Shown in pieces: positions 18,583 through 27,692 of a stretch of 64,000 nt of DNA. The position numbers and the translations under genes were made by a program. The stretch comes from Gemmatimonadota bacterium. Lineage in GTDB: Bacteria > Gemmatimonadota > Gemmatimonadetes > Gemmatimonadales > GWC2-71-9. A model generated the notes under the pieces. That model saw nothing but the letters and a program-made list of their open reading frames with translations. It was not told the DNA's origin and made no database searches. The stretch spans positions 1,825 to 65,824 of the forward strand of contig JBDHDH010000004.1 of NCBI GenBank assembly GCA_039591615.1, in the 5' to 3' direction. Each line of letters opens with the position of its first letter. The stretch's first letter is position 1.

Positions 18583-21174
18583 ATGACCGATCCCATCCTC
18601 GATCGTCTGCAATCGGCCCTTGCCGAACGCTACGACTTGCAACGGGAGATTGGCCGCGGCGGGATGGCGACGGTATACCTCGCCGAGGAGCGACATCCTC
18701 GGCGGCACGTCGCCATCAAGGTGTTCGATCCCGATTTCGCGCCGCACTTGATGCGCGAACGGTTCCTCCGGGAGATCGACGTCGTCTCCAAGCTCGCGCA
18801 CCCGCACATCGTGCCGGTCTTCGCCGCCGGGGAGGCGGGCGGGCTGCTCTACTACGTGATGCCGTACATCGATGGGGAGTCGCTCCGGCACCGAGTGGAC
18901 CGGGAGGGCGCCTTGCCGCCCAACGACGCAACGCGGATCGGCCGCGAGGTGGCGAGCGCTCTTCACTACGCCCACGACCAGGGCATCATCCATCGCGACA
19001 TCAAGCCCGAGAACATCTTGCTGGCCGATGGTCATGCCATGGTGGCCGACTTCGGCATCGCACGGGCTGTGGGGGCGGCAGGTCGCGCGCACCTAACGCA
19101 GACGGGCTTTGCCATGGGAACCCCGGCCTACATGAGTCCGGAACAGTGGGCGGGGAGTGGCGAAATCGACGGGCGTACTGACGTTTTCGGCCTTGGGTGC
19201 GTGGTCTTCGAGATGCTGGAGGGACGGTTACCGCCCGACGGCCTCGCCCGGCGCCGCGAGAGTGTGCGCCAGCTGCTGCGACGCTCCCAGAGCGGCCGAC
19301 ACACCCCGACCGGTCTCCGAGCCGCCCTCGAGCGGGCGTTGGCCTTGCGTCCCGATGATCGCTATCCGACGGCCGCCGCCTTCGGCGAGGCGCTGGGCAG
19401 CAGCGGGGGGTACGCCATCCGGTTACCCGCTCCCATCGGCGGGAGGAAGCTCGCGGCCGCCGTGACTCTCGCACTCGTGGTTGGCATCGCCCTCGCGGTC
19501 GGTATCGTGCTCCCAAGCCGAGGAGCGGCGGGAACACCGTCGCGAGTCGTAGTCTCGATGTTCGAGAATCAAACAGGTGACCCAACCCTCACGCCGCTCG
19601 GCATGATGGCCGCAGACTGGATTACCCAGGGCCTTGCACAAACGGGCCTGGTGGAGGTGGTGGGAACCCGCACCGCGATGGCGGCCGCGGCTGGCGCCGA
19701 CCCTTCCCGCCCGCCGCCACGAGCGGCGGAAGTGAGCCTCGGCCTCGCCCAAGAAACCGGCGCCGGGATCGTGGTGTGGGGCGCCTACTACCTCGGTGAC
19801 GCTCGGGTGGTTCACTTCCAGGCGCAGATCACGGATGCCGTGGACGGCAGGTTGCTGCGAGCTCTCGACCCCGTGGCGAGCTCGATTGATTCTCCACTCG
19901 TGGCGGTGGAGACGCTGAGACAGCGGGTCATGGGAGCGCTGGCCACTCTGTTCGACGAGCGGCTCAGCTCCTGGGCGACAGCTGCAGCCCAGCCGCCGTC
20001 CTACGATGCGTACCAGGAATACATCGAGGGAATGACGCTCTTCATGCAGCTCCGGCAACTGGAGGGCATCCAACATCTGTACCGAGCTGCTGAGCACGAT
20101 TCGACCTTCGTGACACCGCTCCTTTTCGCCGCCTTTGCCCACGCGACGCTTGGTCAGTTCGCGGCCACTGACTCCATCGCCCAGATCGTGAACCGCTCCC
20201 GGGAACGGCTTTCCCCATTCGATCGCCACTTGCTCGACTGGACCCTGGCAATGACGGACGGCGACTTCGACCGGGCATTATCGGCCGTGCGCAAGGCGGT
20301 GGCCATCTCACCGGGAGGGGAGCCACTCACTCTCGTGGGTCTCACGGCGCTCAATGCGAACAGGCCCCGAGAAACCCTCGACGCCTTCCAGCAGATGGAT
20401 CCAGAGCGCGGGCTCATGCAGGGGTTCTTCCTCTATTGGCACTACATCGGCGCTGCTCATCACCTCATGGGCAACCACCGGCGTGAGCTCGCCGCGCTCC
20501 GGCGCGGGTTACAGCAGTACCCATCCAACCCGCAGTTGGGCCACATGGAGCTGTCGGCCCTCGCCGCCCTGGGCCGAGTGGACGAGCTCCGGGACTCGCT
20601 CAGGACCCGTGAGCCGCGTCCGAGCAGCTGGGCCCATGGGGCGGGGGTTCCCGCGTGGGGGGACCTCCTCCGACTGCTCGCGCTGGAGCTCGGTGCACAC
20701 GGCCACCCCGTCGACGGGGCAGCGTTGACGGGTCAAGCAGTGGACTGGTACCGACAGCAACCCGAGGATTCTCTTCGCAGCGAAGCCTTTCGGTACGGCC
20801 TTGCCCGGACGCTCTATCATGCTGGAGCGCTCGACGAGGCACGGCAGTTGTTCGAAGGGCTTGCCACCGAACAGCCGGACAGTGTCGGCTATCGCGGGTA
20901 CCTGGGAGCGATTGCCGCCAAGGGAGGAGAGCGGGCGCGGGCGAGGCAGATCTCGGAGTCGCTCAGCGCATTCGAGCGACCGTACCTGTTCGGACAGATC
21001 CCATACTGGCAGGCTCGCATTGCCGCCCGGGTCGGCGACCGCGACGAGGCAGTGCGCCTCCTACGGCGTGCGTTCGCGGAAGGCGGCTTTCACGACCACG
21101 TTCACGCCGACGCGGATCTCCAGAGCTTGAGCGACTACCGCGCCTACCGTGAGTTGCTGGAGCCCAGGAACTGA
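18583..21174 (+). CDS. Hanks-type Ser/Thr protein kinase with TM segment, TolB-like domain and TPR-like repeats
   Basis: GRGGMATVY, VAIK, HRDIKPEN, DFG, GTPAYMSPEQ; central hydrophobic span; helical repeat tail. Confidence 0.93.
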   Translation: MTDPILDRLQSALAERYDLQREIGRGGMATVYLAEERHPRRHVAIKVFDPDFAPHLMRERFLREIDVVSKLAHPHIVPVFAAGEAGGLLYYVMPYIDGESLRHRVDREGALPPNDATRIGREVASALHYAHDQGIIHRDIKPENILLADGHAMVADFGIARAVGAAGRAHLTQTGFAMGTPAYMSPEQWAGSGEIDGRTDVFGLGCVVFEMLEGRLPPDGLARRRESVRQLLRRSQSGRHTPTGLRAALERALALRPDDRYPTAAAFGEALGSSGGYAIRLPAPIGGRKLAAAVTLALVVGIALAVGIVLPSRGAAGTPSRVVVSMFENQTGDPTLTPLGMMAADWITQGLAQTGLVEVVGTRTAMAAAAGADPSRPPPRAAEVSLGLAQETGAGIVVWGAYYLGDARVVHFQAQITDAVDGRLLRALDPVASSIDSPLVAVETLRQRVMGALATLFDERLSSWATAAAQPPSYDAYQEYIEGMTLFMQLRQLEGIQHLYRAAEHDSTFVTPLLFAAFAHATLGQFAATDSIAQIVNRSRERLSPFDRHLLDWTLAMTDGDFDRALSAVRKAVAISPGGEPLTLVGLTALNANRPRETLDAFQQMDPERGLMQGFFLYWHYIGAAHHLMGNHRRELAALRRGLQQYPSNPQLGHMELSALAALGRVDELRDSLRTREPRPSSWAHGAGVPAWGDLLRLLALELGAHGHPVDGAALTGQAVDWYRQQPEDSLRSEAFRYGLARTLYHAGALDEARQLFEGLATEQPDSVGYRGYLGAIAAKGGERARARQISESLSAFERPYLFGQIPYWQARIAARVGDRDEAVRLLRRAFAEGGFHDHVHADADLQSLSDYRAYRELLEPRN

Positions 21175-21321
21175 CGACCGGGATCGGGCCTCCAACGACG
21201 GCACACGGAACGGGCCACGGCAGGGAATTGCGGCCTACGGCGAGGGGATGCCGATCTCCTGATCCCGAGAGGTATTCCCCCTATCGGGAATCGACGATCT
21301 CCACGGCGTAGCGTGACCGTT

Positions 21322-22425
21322 TCAGTCGTACTCGCGGCACCTGTCTCGGAACTCTCGCTTCGTCTTGCCCTCGTCGTTGATCACTTCGTAGAACTTGTCG
21401 AAATACTCGAGCGTCTTCTCGAGCACCTTGGGTTCGAGGCCCTGCTGCTCGCGGTAGAGGGCATAGATCTCTTCGCGCTTCTGGTTGAAGAGGTCGAGAA
21501 CGGCCGGCAGTAGGCTCTCAGACTGGCAGAACCCGCGGTAGAGACGCTCCCGGACGTTCCGGATGCCGAGCTGCTCGAGGTTCCCCCGGTACAAGCGATT
21601 GGCGTACCGCGTGTTGAGGAGCCCAGCCATGTCGAAGTCGTACGGAACCGAAAAGACCGGACCCGCCATCGTGCCGATCGGTTTCGTATTGTGGCAACAC
21701 TCGTGCTTCTCCGGCTCCGGCATGAAAGCCGAGAAGTCGGTATTGCCGATGAAGTACTGGAACACCTCGACCAGGGCGAGGTTGAATCCATCCGCCATAT
21801 TGGGCGGTATCCGGGGAACGGCGAGGTACTCCCACCCGTTCCGGGCCGCCATCATCTCCTCGTCCTCGATGAGGAAGGCATAACTCGTCGCCGGATCGCG
21901 GCTTCCTTCCGTATCGACGTAAGTAATCCCAGCCAGGCGAACCCGGAAGCTCATCTCCGTGAGCAGGTTGTACGTCCGGTACGTCAGGTACTCGAGCAGC
22001 ACGTACTGTCGGAACTCGTCTTTGTCATCCTGACAATGCGTGACCAGCTTGAGCTTGTCTTGCCCCTCGAACATCGTCCCGGCCACGGAGTCCTGCTGAA
22101 AGTTGAGTCGGAGCGGCGGGAACTTGCACACCCGCTTCTGGAGTCGGGTCTTGCCCCTGGTACGGACCTTGACGCTCAGCGACACCTTCTCACCGCCGGG
22201 AGAATCCACGATCACGGCTCCCGGGAATTCCTCGCTCTCCTGCTCCCGCTCTTTCATGATGCTCTTGAGCGGTGCCTCAACGGTGAAGGTCAGCGCATCG
22301 TGGGACGCAAAGAGCGGAACATCGGTCATCATTTCGGGCGTGGAATCGGACGCTGCTTGCTGCGCCATGGCTGCGGACGTCGAGAACACGATGGCGGTCG
22401 CGAGAAAGCCCACGAGTCGGGTCAC
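21322..22425 (-). CDS. Secreted hypothetical protein with CotH-like atypical kinase motifs
   Basis: GTG 22425 after SD GAGGAGGAG; signal peptide; KVRTRG, KLKLVTHC, EYLTY, IGNTD..HN..PYDFD. Confidence 0.65.
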   Translation of the reverse strand: MTRLVGFLATAIVFSTSAAMAQQAASDSTPEMMTDVPLFASHDALTFTVEAPLKSIMKEREQESEEFPGAVIVDSPGGEKVSLSVKVRTRGKTRLQKRVCKFPPLRLNFQQDSVAGTMFEGQDKLKLVTHCQDDKDEFRQYVLLEYLTYRTYNLLTEMSFRVRLAGITYVDTEGSRDPATSYAFLIEDEEMMAARNGWEYLAVPRIPPNMADGFNLALVEVFQYFIGNTDFSAFMPEPEKHECCHNTKPIGTMAGPVFSVPYDFDMAGLLNTRYANRLYRGNLEQLGIRNVRERLYRGFCQSESLLPAVLDLFNQKREEIYALYREQQGLEPKVLEKTLEYFDKFYEVINDEGKTKREFRDRCREYD

Positions 22426-22735
22426 AGCTCCTCCTCGGCAAAGGTCGACGTACCCTGTAACATGAAAACGAACCAGTCGCAGGAACCCGGCAAGGCCAGC
22501 CACGATCCGCCCCGGGACTCGCAGTGGCGGCCGTAGAAACTGGCGCGGCAACGCTTGAGTCCGGCCTTTGCTACTCAACATGAAGGGATCCTGAAGAATA
22601 CCATAAGATAGCTTGAACAATACCGCCTCGGCGTTCGGTCCGGTAGCATCTCGTTCCGAGACCGGTCCCGGGTCCCCAGCACCAGTGGAGAGATGCTATT
22701 ACTGACGCGTCAATCCCCAGTCAATCAGGCGAGGC

Positions 22736-23950
22736 TTACCCCCCCACCTCCACCGCCGCCTCCGAGATTCTTCCTGCGGGTGGCACCCTGAACGCGAGGA
22801 CGGTCACAATCCCCACCACAGCAGCGGCGATATAGAAGGGTACCGCCCGGCCCAGGCCCTGGAACGCCGCCGTGGCCCAGATGGGCGCGATGACCCGCGA
22901 CACGCCGCCGAAGGCCTGCTGCACCCCTAAGGTCTGGCCTCGCTCGTGTTCGGCCACGCGTTGCGTCACCAGCGCGGTGACTGACGGGAAGAGACACGCG
23001 GTGCCGATGGGGATGAGGGCGATGACGACCCCCAGCGAGATGACGGAGCGGGGAAAGGGAATCGCAAAGAGGCCCATGGTGAGGAGCATCGCTCCGATCC
23101 GCATCACCTTCGTCTCACCCAGCCAATCGACCAGCTTGCCGAGAATCACGGCGCGCATGACCACTCCGAGGGCTCCGACGTACACGAAGAAGATCCCGAT
23201 GGTTTTTTCCGTGATGCCGAAGTCGCTCTCCAGATACAACGCCAGTACGGCGGTCATCGACATGAACCCGAGCATGCCGACCGCGTAGATCCAGACCAGT
23301 CGGGCAACCTCTCCCTGGGGTACTCGCACGAAATCGACGATCATATTCCCAAGGGACCGCAACGGTTCCTGCGGCGCGCTGTCGGCGACGGCCCCGCTCC
23401 CCATCTTGCGAGGATGCGATTCGGGTAGCCAGCGGGACGCAAATCCGATGTTCAGTACACACAGTCCCGCAGCGACGAGCCCCGGAGCGGCTGGGCCGAA
23501 ATTGAACGCGAGTGACCCGATGGCGGGGCCGATCATGACCCCGGCCGCGGTGGAGGCGGAGAGCCATCCCAAGGCTCTCGCCCGATCTTTCGGCTGGGTC
23601 ACGTCGGCGACATAGGCCTGGAGCACGCCCGTGGTCCCCCCTCCGATCCCCTGAATCAGACGCGACAGGAACAGCATCCAGATAGTGACCGCGAACCCGA
23701 ACACCACGAACGCGATGGCCGACATACTCAGGCCGAAGAGAATGGCGGACCGGCGCCCTAACCGGTCAGAGAGCCGTCCCCACAGTGGAGCCGCGCCGAG
23801 CTGAGCGATGGAGAAGATGGCGATCATCCACCCGATGACCCACTCCTGGGCCTCGAGACGGAGTGCGTAGAAGGGGAGTAGCGGGAAGATCATGGCGAAG
23901 CCGATCATGTCGACGAAGGCTGCCGCCATGAGTACCGAGAGCCGCCTCAT
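22736..23950 (-). CDS. MFS transporter (TetA/DHA1-like)
   Basis: Starts MRRLSVLMAAAFVDMIGF (ATGA overlap with permease); motif A GRLSDRLGRR; about 12 TM. Confidence 0.92.
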   Translation of the reverse strand: MRRLSVLMAAAFVDMIGFAMIFPLLPFYALRLEAQEWVIGWMIAIFSIAQLGAAPLWGRLSDRLGRRSAILFGLSMSAIAFVVFGFAVTIWMLFLSRLIQGIGGGTTGVLQAYVADVTQPKDRARALGWLSASTAAGVMIGPAIGSLAFNFGPAAPGLVAAGLCVLNIGFASRWLPESHPRKMGSGAVADSAPQEPLRSLGNMIVDFVRVPQGEVARLVWIYAVGMLGFMSMTAVLALYLESDFGITEKTIGIFFVYVGALGVVMRAVILGKLVDWLGETKVMRIGAMLLTMGLFAIPFPRSVISLGVVIALIPIGTACLFPSVTALVTQRVAEHERGQTLGVQQAFGGVSRVIAPIWATAAFQGLGRAVPFYIAAAVVGIVTVLAFRVPPAGRISEAAVEVGG

Positions 23951-25560
23951 CGCTTCGTCCCCACCGTCATCGCGGCCGCGGAAAAGACCATGAGGAGCAC
24001 GCCGTACGCCGCTGCCAATCCCACATCGAACTGCCGAAGCGCACCCAGGATCTCGATGGAGATGGGGCGAGTGTCGAAGGTGTAGAGCACGATCGACGTC
24101 ACGAAATCTCCCAGCGCCGTCGCGAAGGCCAGTGCGCCGCCCGCGAGGATCGCCGGACGCAGGAGGGGAAGCGTGATCGCGCGCAGCGTCCGCCATCGAC
24201 CGGCACCGAGGGACGCTGCCGCTTCCTCGAGTGACGGGTCGAGTTGACGGAAACCGGCGAGGACCGATCCCGACGCGATGGGGATATTCCGAATCAGATA
24301 CGCGAGGGGCAGGATGACCACCGTCCCCACCAGGACCCAGCGCCCGACCCATGGGGCACGGATACTGAACGTCGCCGCCAGGGCGATCGCCAGAACAGTG
24401 CCCGGCACAGCCCAGGGAACGTTGACCAGCGTTTCGATCATGCCGCGCAGCGATGCCCGCCGCTGGACAACGAGGCGGCCCGCCCACACAGAGATGGCAA
24501 GCGCCGCCACCGTCGCGGCCGCAGCCATCCACAGCGAGTTCATGAGGGGCCGCAGGCGCTCGGGTTCCGAGACCAGATCCACGTAGTTGCCGAGCCCATA
24601 CGCCGGCGGGAAGAGTTGTGTCGTCCAGGTGCCGACAGGGACGAAGGACACCAACACCAGCGTCATGTGGGGAAGCAAGAGGAAGAGCCCCAGCACCCAC
24701 CCAACCCCCGTCGCGCCCCACCGGACGAGTGGCCGAGTCAACGCGCGGGCCGGAGGAGCCGTTCCCTTCCCCACCGCGGCCACCAGGTCGGTCCCCCGCG
24801 TGCGGCGAAGCAGTGCCAATCCCACGAGGGCAACCAAGGCGAGACCGGCGGTTTCCGCCGTAGCCATCGCCATGTCACCGTTCAGCTTGCTGGCCACGAT
24901 CTGCGTCGTCATGACCCGAAATCCGCCGCCGAAGATGTAGGGGGCGCTAAACGATCCCAGCGACGTCATGAACGTGAGGAGCGCGGCGGCCGCCACCTGC
25001 GGGCGGAGGAGTGGGAGCGTAACGCGAGCGACGGTGGACCACGGTCCCGCGCCCAGCGACTGCGCCGCCTCGTACATGGAACCATCGATGCGCGCGAGGC
25101 CCGCTCGCATAAACAGGTAGAAGTACACGTACATCGAGTACGCGTGCACGAGCAAGATGGCCCCGGGGCCCCGCAACCGCCACGGCGCTTCGTCCAAACC
25201 CAAGACAAGCGCCACGGCACGCCCCACAAAACCGCTCTCGCCGTAAAGGAAGAGAAAGGCGATCACGCCAACCAGTGGCGGCAGCACGGCCGGCAGCGCA
25301 ACGAGGGCGCCGAGCACGCGCCGGCCCGGAAAATCGACCCGCTCGAAGACAAAGGCGAGCGGGATGCCAATGATCGCGGCGAGGGCGACACTGGCAGCCG
25401 AGATCCAGATGCTGGCCCACATCGCGGACCACTCTCGACGCTCGCTGACGAACTCCGCAACGTATTGCAGCGTCCACCCTGCTTCGCCGCGCACGCTCTG
25501 CAGGAATACCAGCGCAAGGGGATACACCACGATCCACAGCAGCAGGACCGTGAGCCACAC
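23947..25560 (-). CDS. ABC importer permease, FbpB/AfuB (iron/sugar-phosphate) type
   Basis: Two EAA loops (YEAAQSLGA, LEEAAASLGA); duplicated TM domain. Confidence 0.9.
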   Translation of the reverse strand: MWLTVLLLWIVVYPLALVFLQSVRGEAGWTLQYVAEFVSERREWSAMWASIWISAASVALAAIIGIPLAFVFERVDFPGRRVLGALVALPAVLPPLVGVIAFLFLYGESGFVGRAVALVLGLDEAPWRLRGPGAILLVHAYSMYVYFYLFMRAGLARIDGSMYEAAQSLGAGPWSTVARVTLPLLRPQVAAAALLTFMTSLGSFSAPYIFGGGFRVMTTQIVASKLNGDMAMATAETAGLALVALVGLALLRRTRGTDLVAAVGKGTAPPARALTRPLVRWGATGVGWVLGLFLLLPHMTLVLVSFVPVGTWTTQLFPPAYGLGNYVDLVSEPERLRPLMNSLWMAAAATVAALAISVWAGRLVVQRRASLRGMIETLVNVPWAVPGTVLAIALAATFSIRAPWVGRWVLVGTVVILPLAYLIRNIPIASGSVLAGFRQLDPSLEEAAASLGAGRWRTLRAITLPLLRPAILAGGALAFATALGDFVTSIVLYTFDTRPISIEILGALRQFDVGLAAAYGVLLMVFSAAAMTVGTKR

Positions 25561-25577
25561 GCCGCGAGGTCTTCGTG

Positions 25578-26609
25578 TCAGGGTTCCTCCGCAAACGCGA
25601 GGGCCCGATCGGCGACAACCCGAACCGCGTCACCGTGCTGCGCCGCGTGAACGGGCGCCTCCACCTCGAGCACAGCGTCACCCACGCGAACCTGGAAGTA
25701 CGCTCGCGCACCCGTGTACCGACGCACTGCGATTGTCCCGCTGATCCCCTCCTCGGCGAAGCGAATCGATTCGGGCCGCACCACCACCGTCACTCGAGTG
25801 CCTGGCTTCACGGGTGCTGGTGTCTCCACAGTCCATTCGCCACCGACATCGAGTTTCGCTCGGTTCGGCGTGACCAACGTTGCCGACAGCGTGCTGGCTC
25901 GCCCGACGAAAGTGGCGACGAAGCGCGTCCGCGGTCGTTCGTAAAGCTCGGGTGGCGTCCCGGCTTGCTCCAGGCGACCATCCCGCAACACGGCCACCCT
26001 GTCACCGAGAGCGAACGCTTCTTCCTGTTCGTGCGTCACCAGCACGGTCGTTACACCGGTCTTCTCGAGGGCTGCCCGCAGCTCGCGGCGCGTCCGCTCC
26101 CGCAGACCGGGGTCGAGATTGGAGAGCGGCTCATCCAGCAGGAGGACTCGCGGTTCGGGGGCCAACGCACGAGCCACCGCAACCCGCTGCTGCTGACCGC
26201 CGGAGAGCTCGGTCACCTTCCGTTGCTCGAAACCCGCAAGATCGACCAGCGCCAGCATCTCGGCGATCCGCCCGTTGCGGTCCGTCGGTGTCCCGCGTTT
26301 CGCGAGACCAAAGGCCACGTTCTCGGCCACGGTGAGGTGTGGGAAGAGGGCGTAGTGTTGAAAGACCATGCCGAAGCGCCGTTGCGCTGGGGGGAGACGG
26401 GTGACCTCGCGTCCGTCGACGAGGATAGCTCCCTGATCCGGACGTTCGAATCCGGCCAGCAAACGCAACGTCGTGGTCTTGCCACTGCCACTGGGACCCA
26501 GCAACGCGAGCACACTCCCCCGACGAACAGATACCGAGAGCTTCTCTACCGCGGTGTGCTCCGCGAAGCACTTCGTGAGATCTCTGAGCTCGAGGAAGGC
26601 CTCCGGCAT
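25578..26609 (-). CDS. ABC importer ATP-binding protein (FbpC/PotA-like, TOBE domain)
   Basis: GPSGSGKTT, VFQHYALFPH, LSGGQQQR, LLDEPLSNLD. Confidence 0.93.
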   Translation of the reverse strand: MPEAFLELRDLTKCFAEHTAVEKLSVSVRRGSVLALLGPSGSGKTTTLRLLAGFERPDQGAILVDGREVTRLPPAQRRFGMVFQHYALFPHLTVAENVAFGLAKRGTPTDRNGRIAEMLALVDLAGFEQRKVTELSGGQQQRVAVARALAPEPRVLLLDEPLSNLDPGLRERTRRELRAALEKTGVTTVLVTHEQEEAFALGDRVAVLRDGRLEQAGTPPELYERPRTRFVATFVGRASTLSATLVTPNRAKLDVGGEWTVETPAPVKPGTRVTVVVRPESIRFAEEGISGTIAVRRYTGARAYFQVRVGDAVLEVEAPVHAAQHGDAVRVVADRALAFAEEP

Positions 26610-27692
26610 TCAGCGCGCCACCGCCGCTGCCCCGCGACCGCGGACGTGGCGGTCCCAATAGTCCATCCACTCGGAGTCCCGACGGCTCAGGAGTTCCCAG
26701 TCGATTTGGGCGGGGACGAGCTGCTCCCGCACACGCCGCGCCCAGCTTGGGAGCGAGTCGCCCGGCAGGTCGATGCGGGCAGGCAACCGATACGTCTCTC
26801 GGGCAGCCAGGAGCTGTAATTCCCGTGACCCCACCCAATCGATGAACCGACGGGCCGCTTCGGGATGCTTCGCTCCTCGCACGAGCGCGATGGCATCCTC
26901 GATGACGGGTGTCCCGCTGGGTGGCAAGTTGTAGCCGAAGGGACTGCCCTTGTCCGCCTCCACCAAGATGTCCGGGAGATCCCACAGGGTGACAACGCCC
27001 TCTTGCCGCAGGAGCTTCTGGTGGAGCAGCGCCGGATTGAAGACATACTCTCTCGTCTGGGCGTCGAGCCGTCTGAGCCACCGGAATCCCGCCGCCGTGT
27101 CGCCAGTGGCTCGGATCCCGCGCTCGACGATCATGCCGAAGATCGTTCGCATCGTGCCTGAGGCCAGCGGCTCGCGAATAATCACTTGCCCGCGCCACCG
27201 GGGGGCGAGTACGTCATCCCAATCCCTCGGAGCTTCGTCCTCGGACAACGCCGTGGAGTTGTAGGCGATCACCGCCGGGGTTTCGTACGCGGCGAAATAC
27301 AGGCCGCTTGGCCCTTGCGCGCGGGCCGGAATCGCATCGGCCCAGGAAGGACGGTACGCGACCAACAGCGATTCCGCCGCGGCCCGACGAAACAGTGTCG
27401 AGGGCCCACCGAACCATACGTCGGCCTGCGGATTGGCCCGCTCCGAGCGGATGCGGTCGAGCGCGTCCTGGGATCCCATGTCCAGCCATCGGACGTCGAC
27501 GTCGACATTTGCCTCCTCGAAACGCGTCTCCGTCAGCTCCAGCAGGTCACGACCGTGAGGGGAGTACACCACCACGGGCGTTCTCCCGTCGCCGCAACTC
27601 GTGAGGGCCGCGGCCTCGATTACCAGGGCGAGCACCGACGGACGGAGAGACGAGAGAACAGCGGACCGCCAGACGGTCAACCTATTGCGCAT
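26610..27692 (-). CDS. ABC extracellular solute-binding lipoprotein (AfuA/FbpA-like)
   Basis: Lipobox LTSC, RSERANPQADVWFGG, P.DWDD, PLASGT; start ATG 27692 (or GTG 27701). Confidence 0.88.
   Translation of the reverse strand: MRNRLTVWRSAVLSSLRPSVLALVIEAAALTSCGDGRTPVVVYSPHGRDLLELTETRFEEANVDVDVRWLDMGSQDALDRIRSERANPQADVWFGGPSTLFRRAAAESLLVAYRPSWADAIPARAQGPSGLYFAAYETPAVIAYNSTALSEDEAPRDWDDVLAPRWRGQVIIREPLASGTMRTIFGMIVERGIRATGDTAAGFRWLRRLDAQTREYVFNPALLHQKLLRQEGVVTLWDLPDILVEADKGSPFGYNLPPSGTPVIEDAIALVRGAKHPEAARRFIDWVGSRELQLLAARETYRLPARIDLPGDSLPSWARRVREQLVPAQIDWELLSRRDSEWMDYWDRHVRGRGAAAVAR

Noticed and set aside
22736-24721. Apparent 661-aa MFS fusion; similar long N-terminal extensions on PIG-L, TolC, amidohydrolase, moaA and acnA
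   Set aside because: Extensions overlap neighbouring genes or promoters and have no domain content; downstream starts fit better
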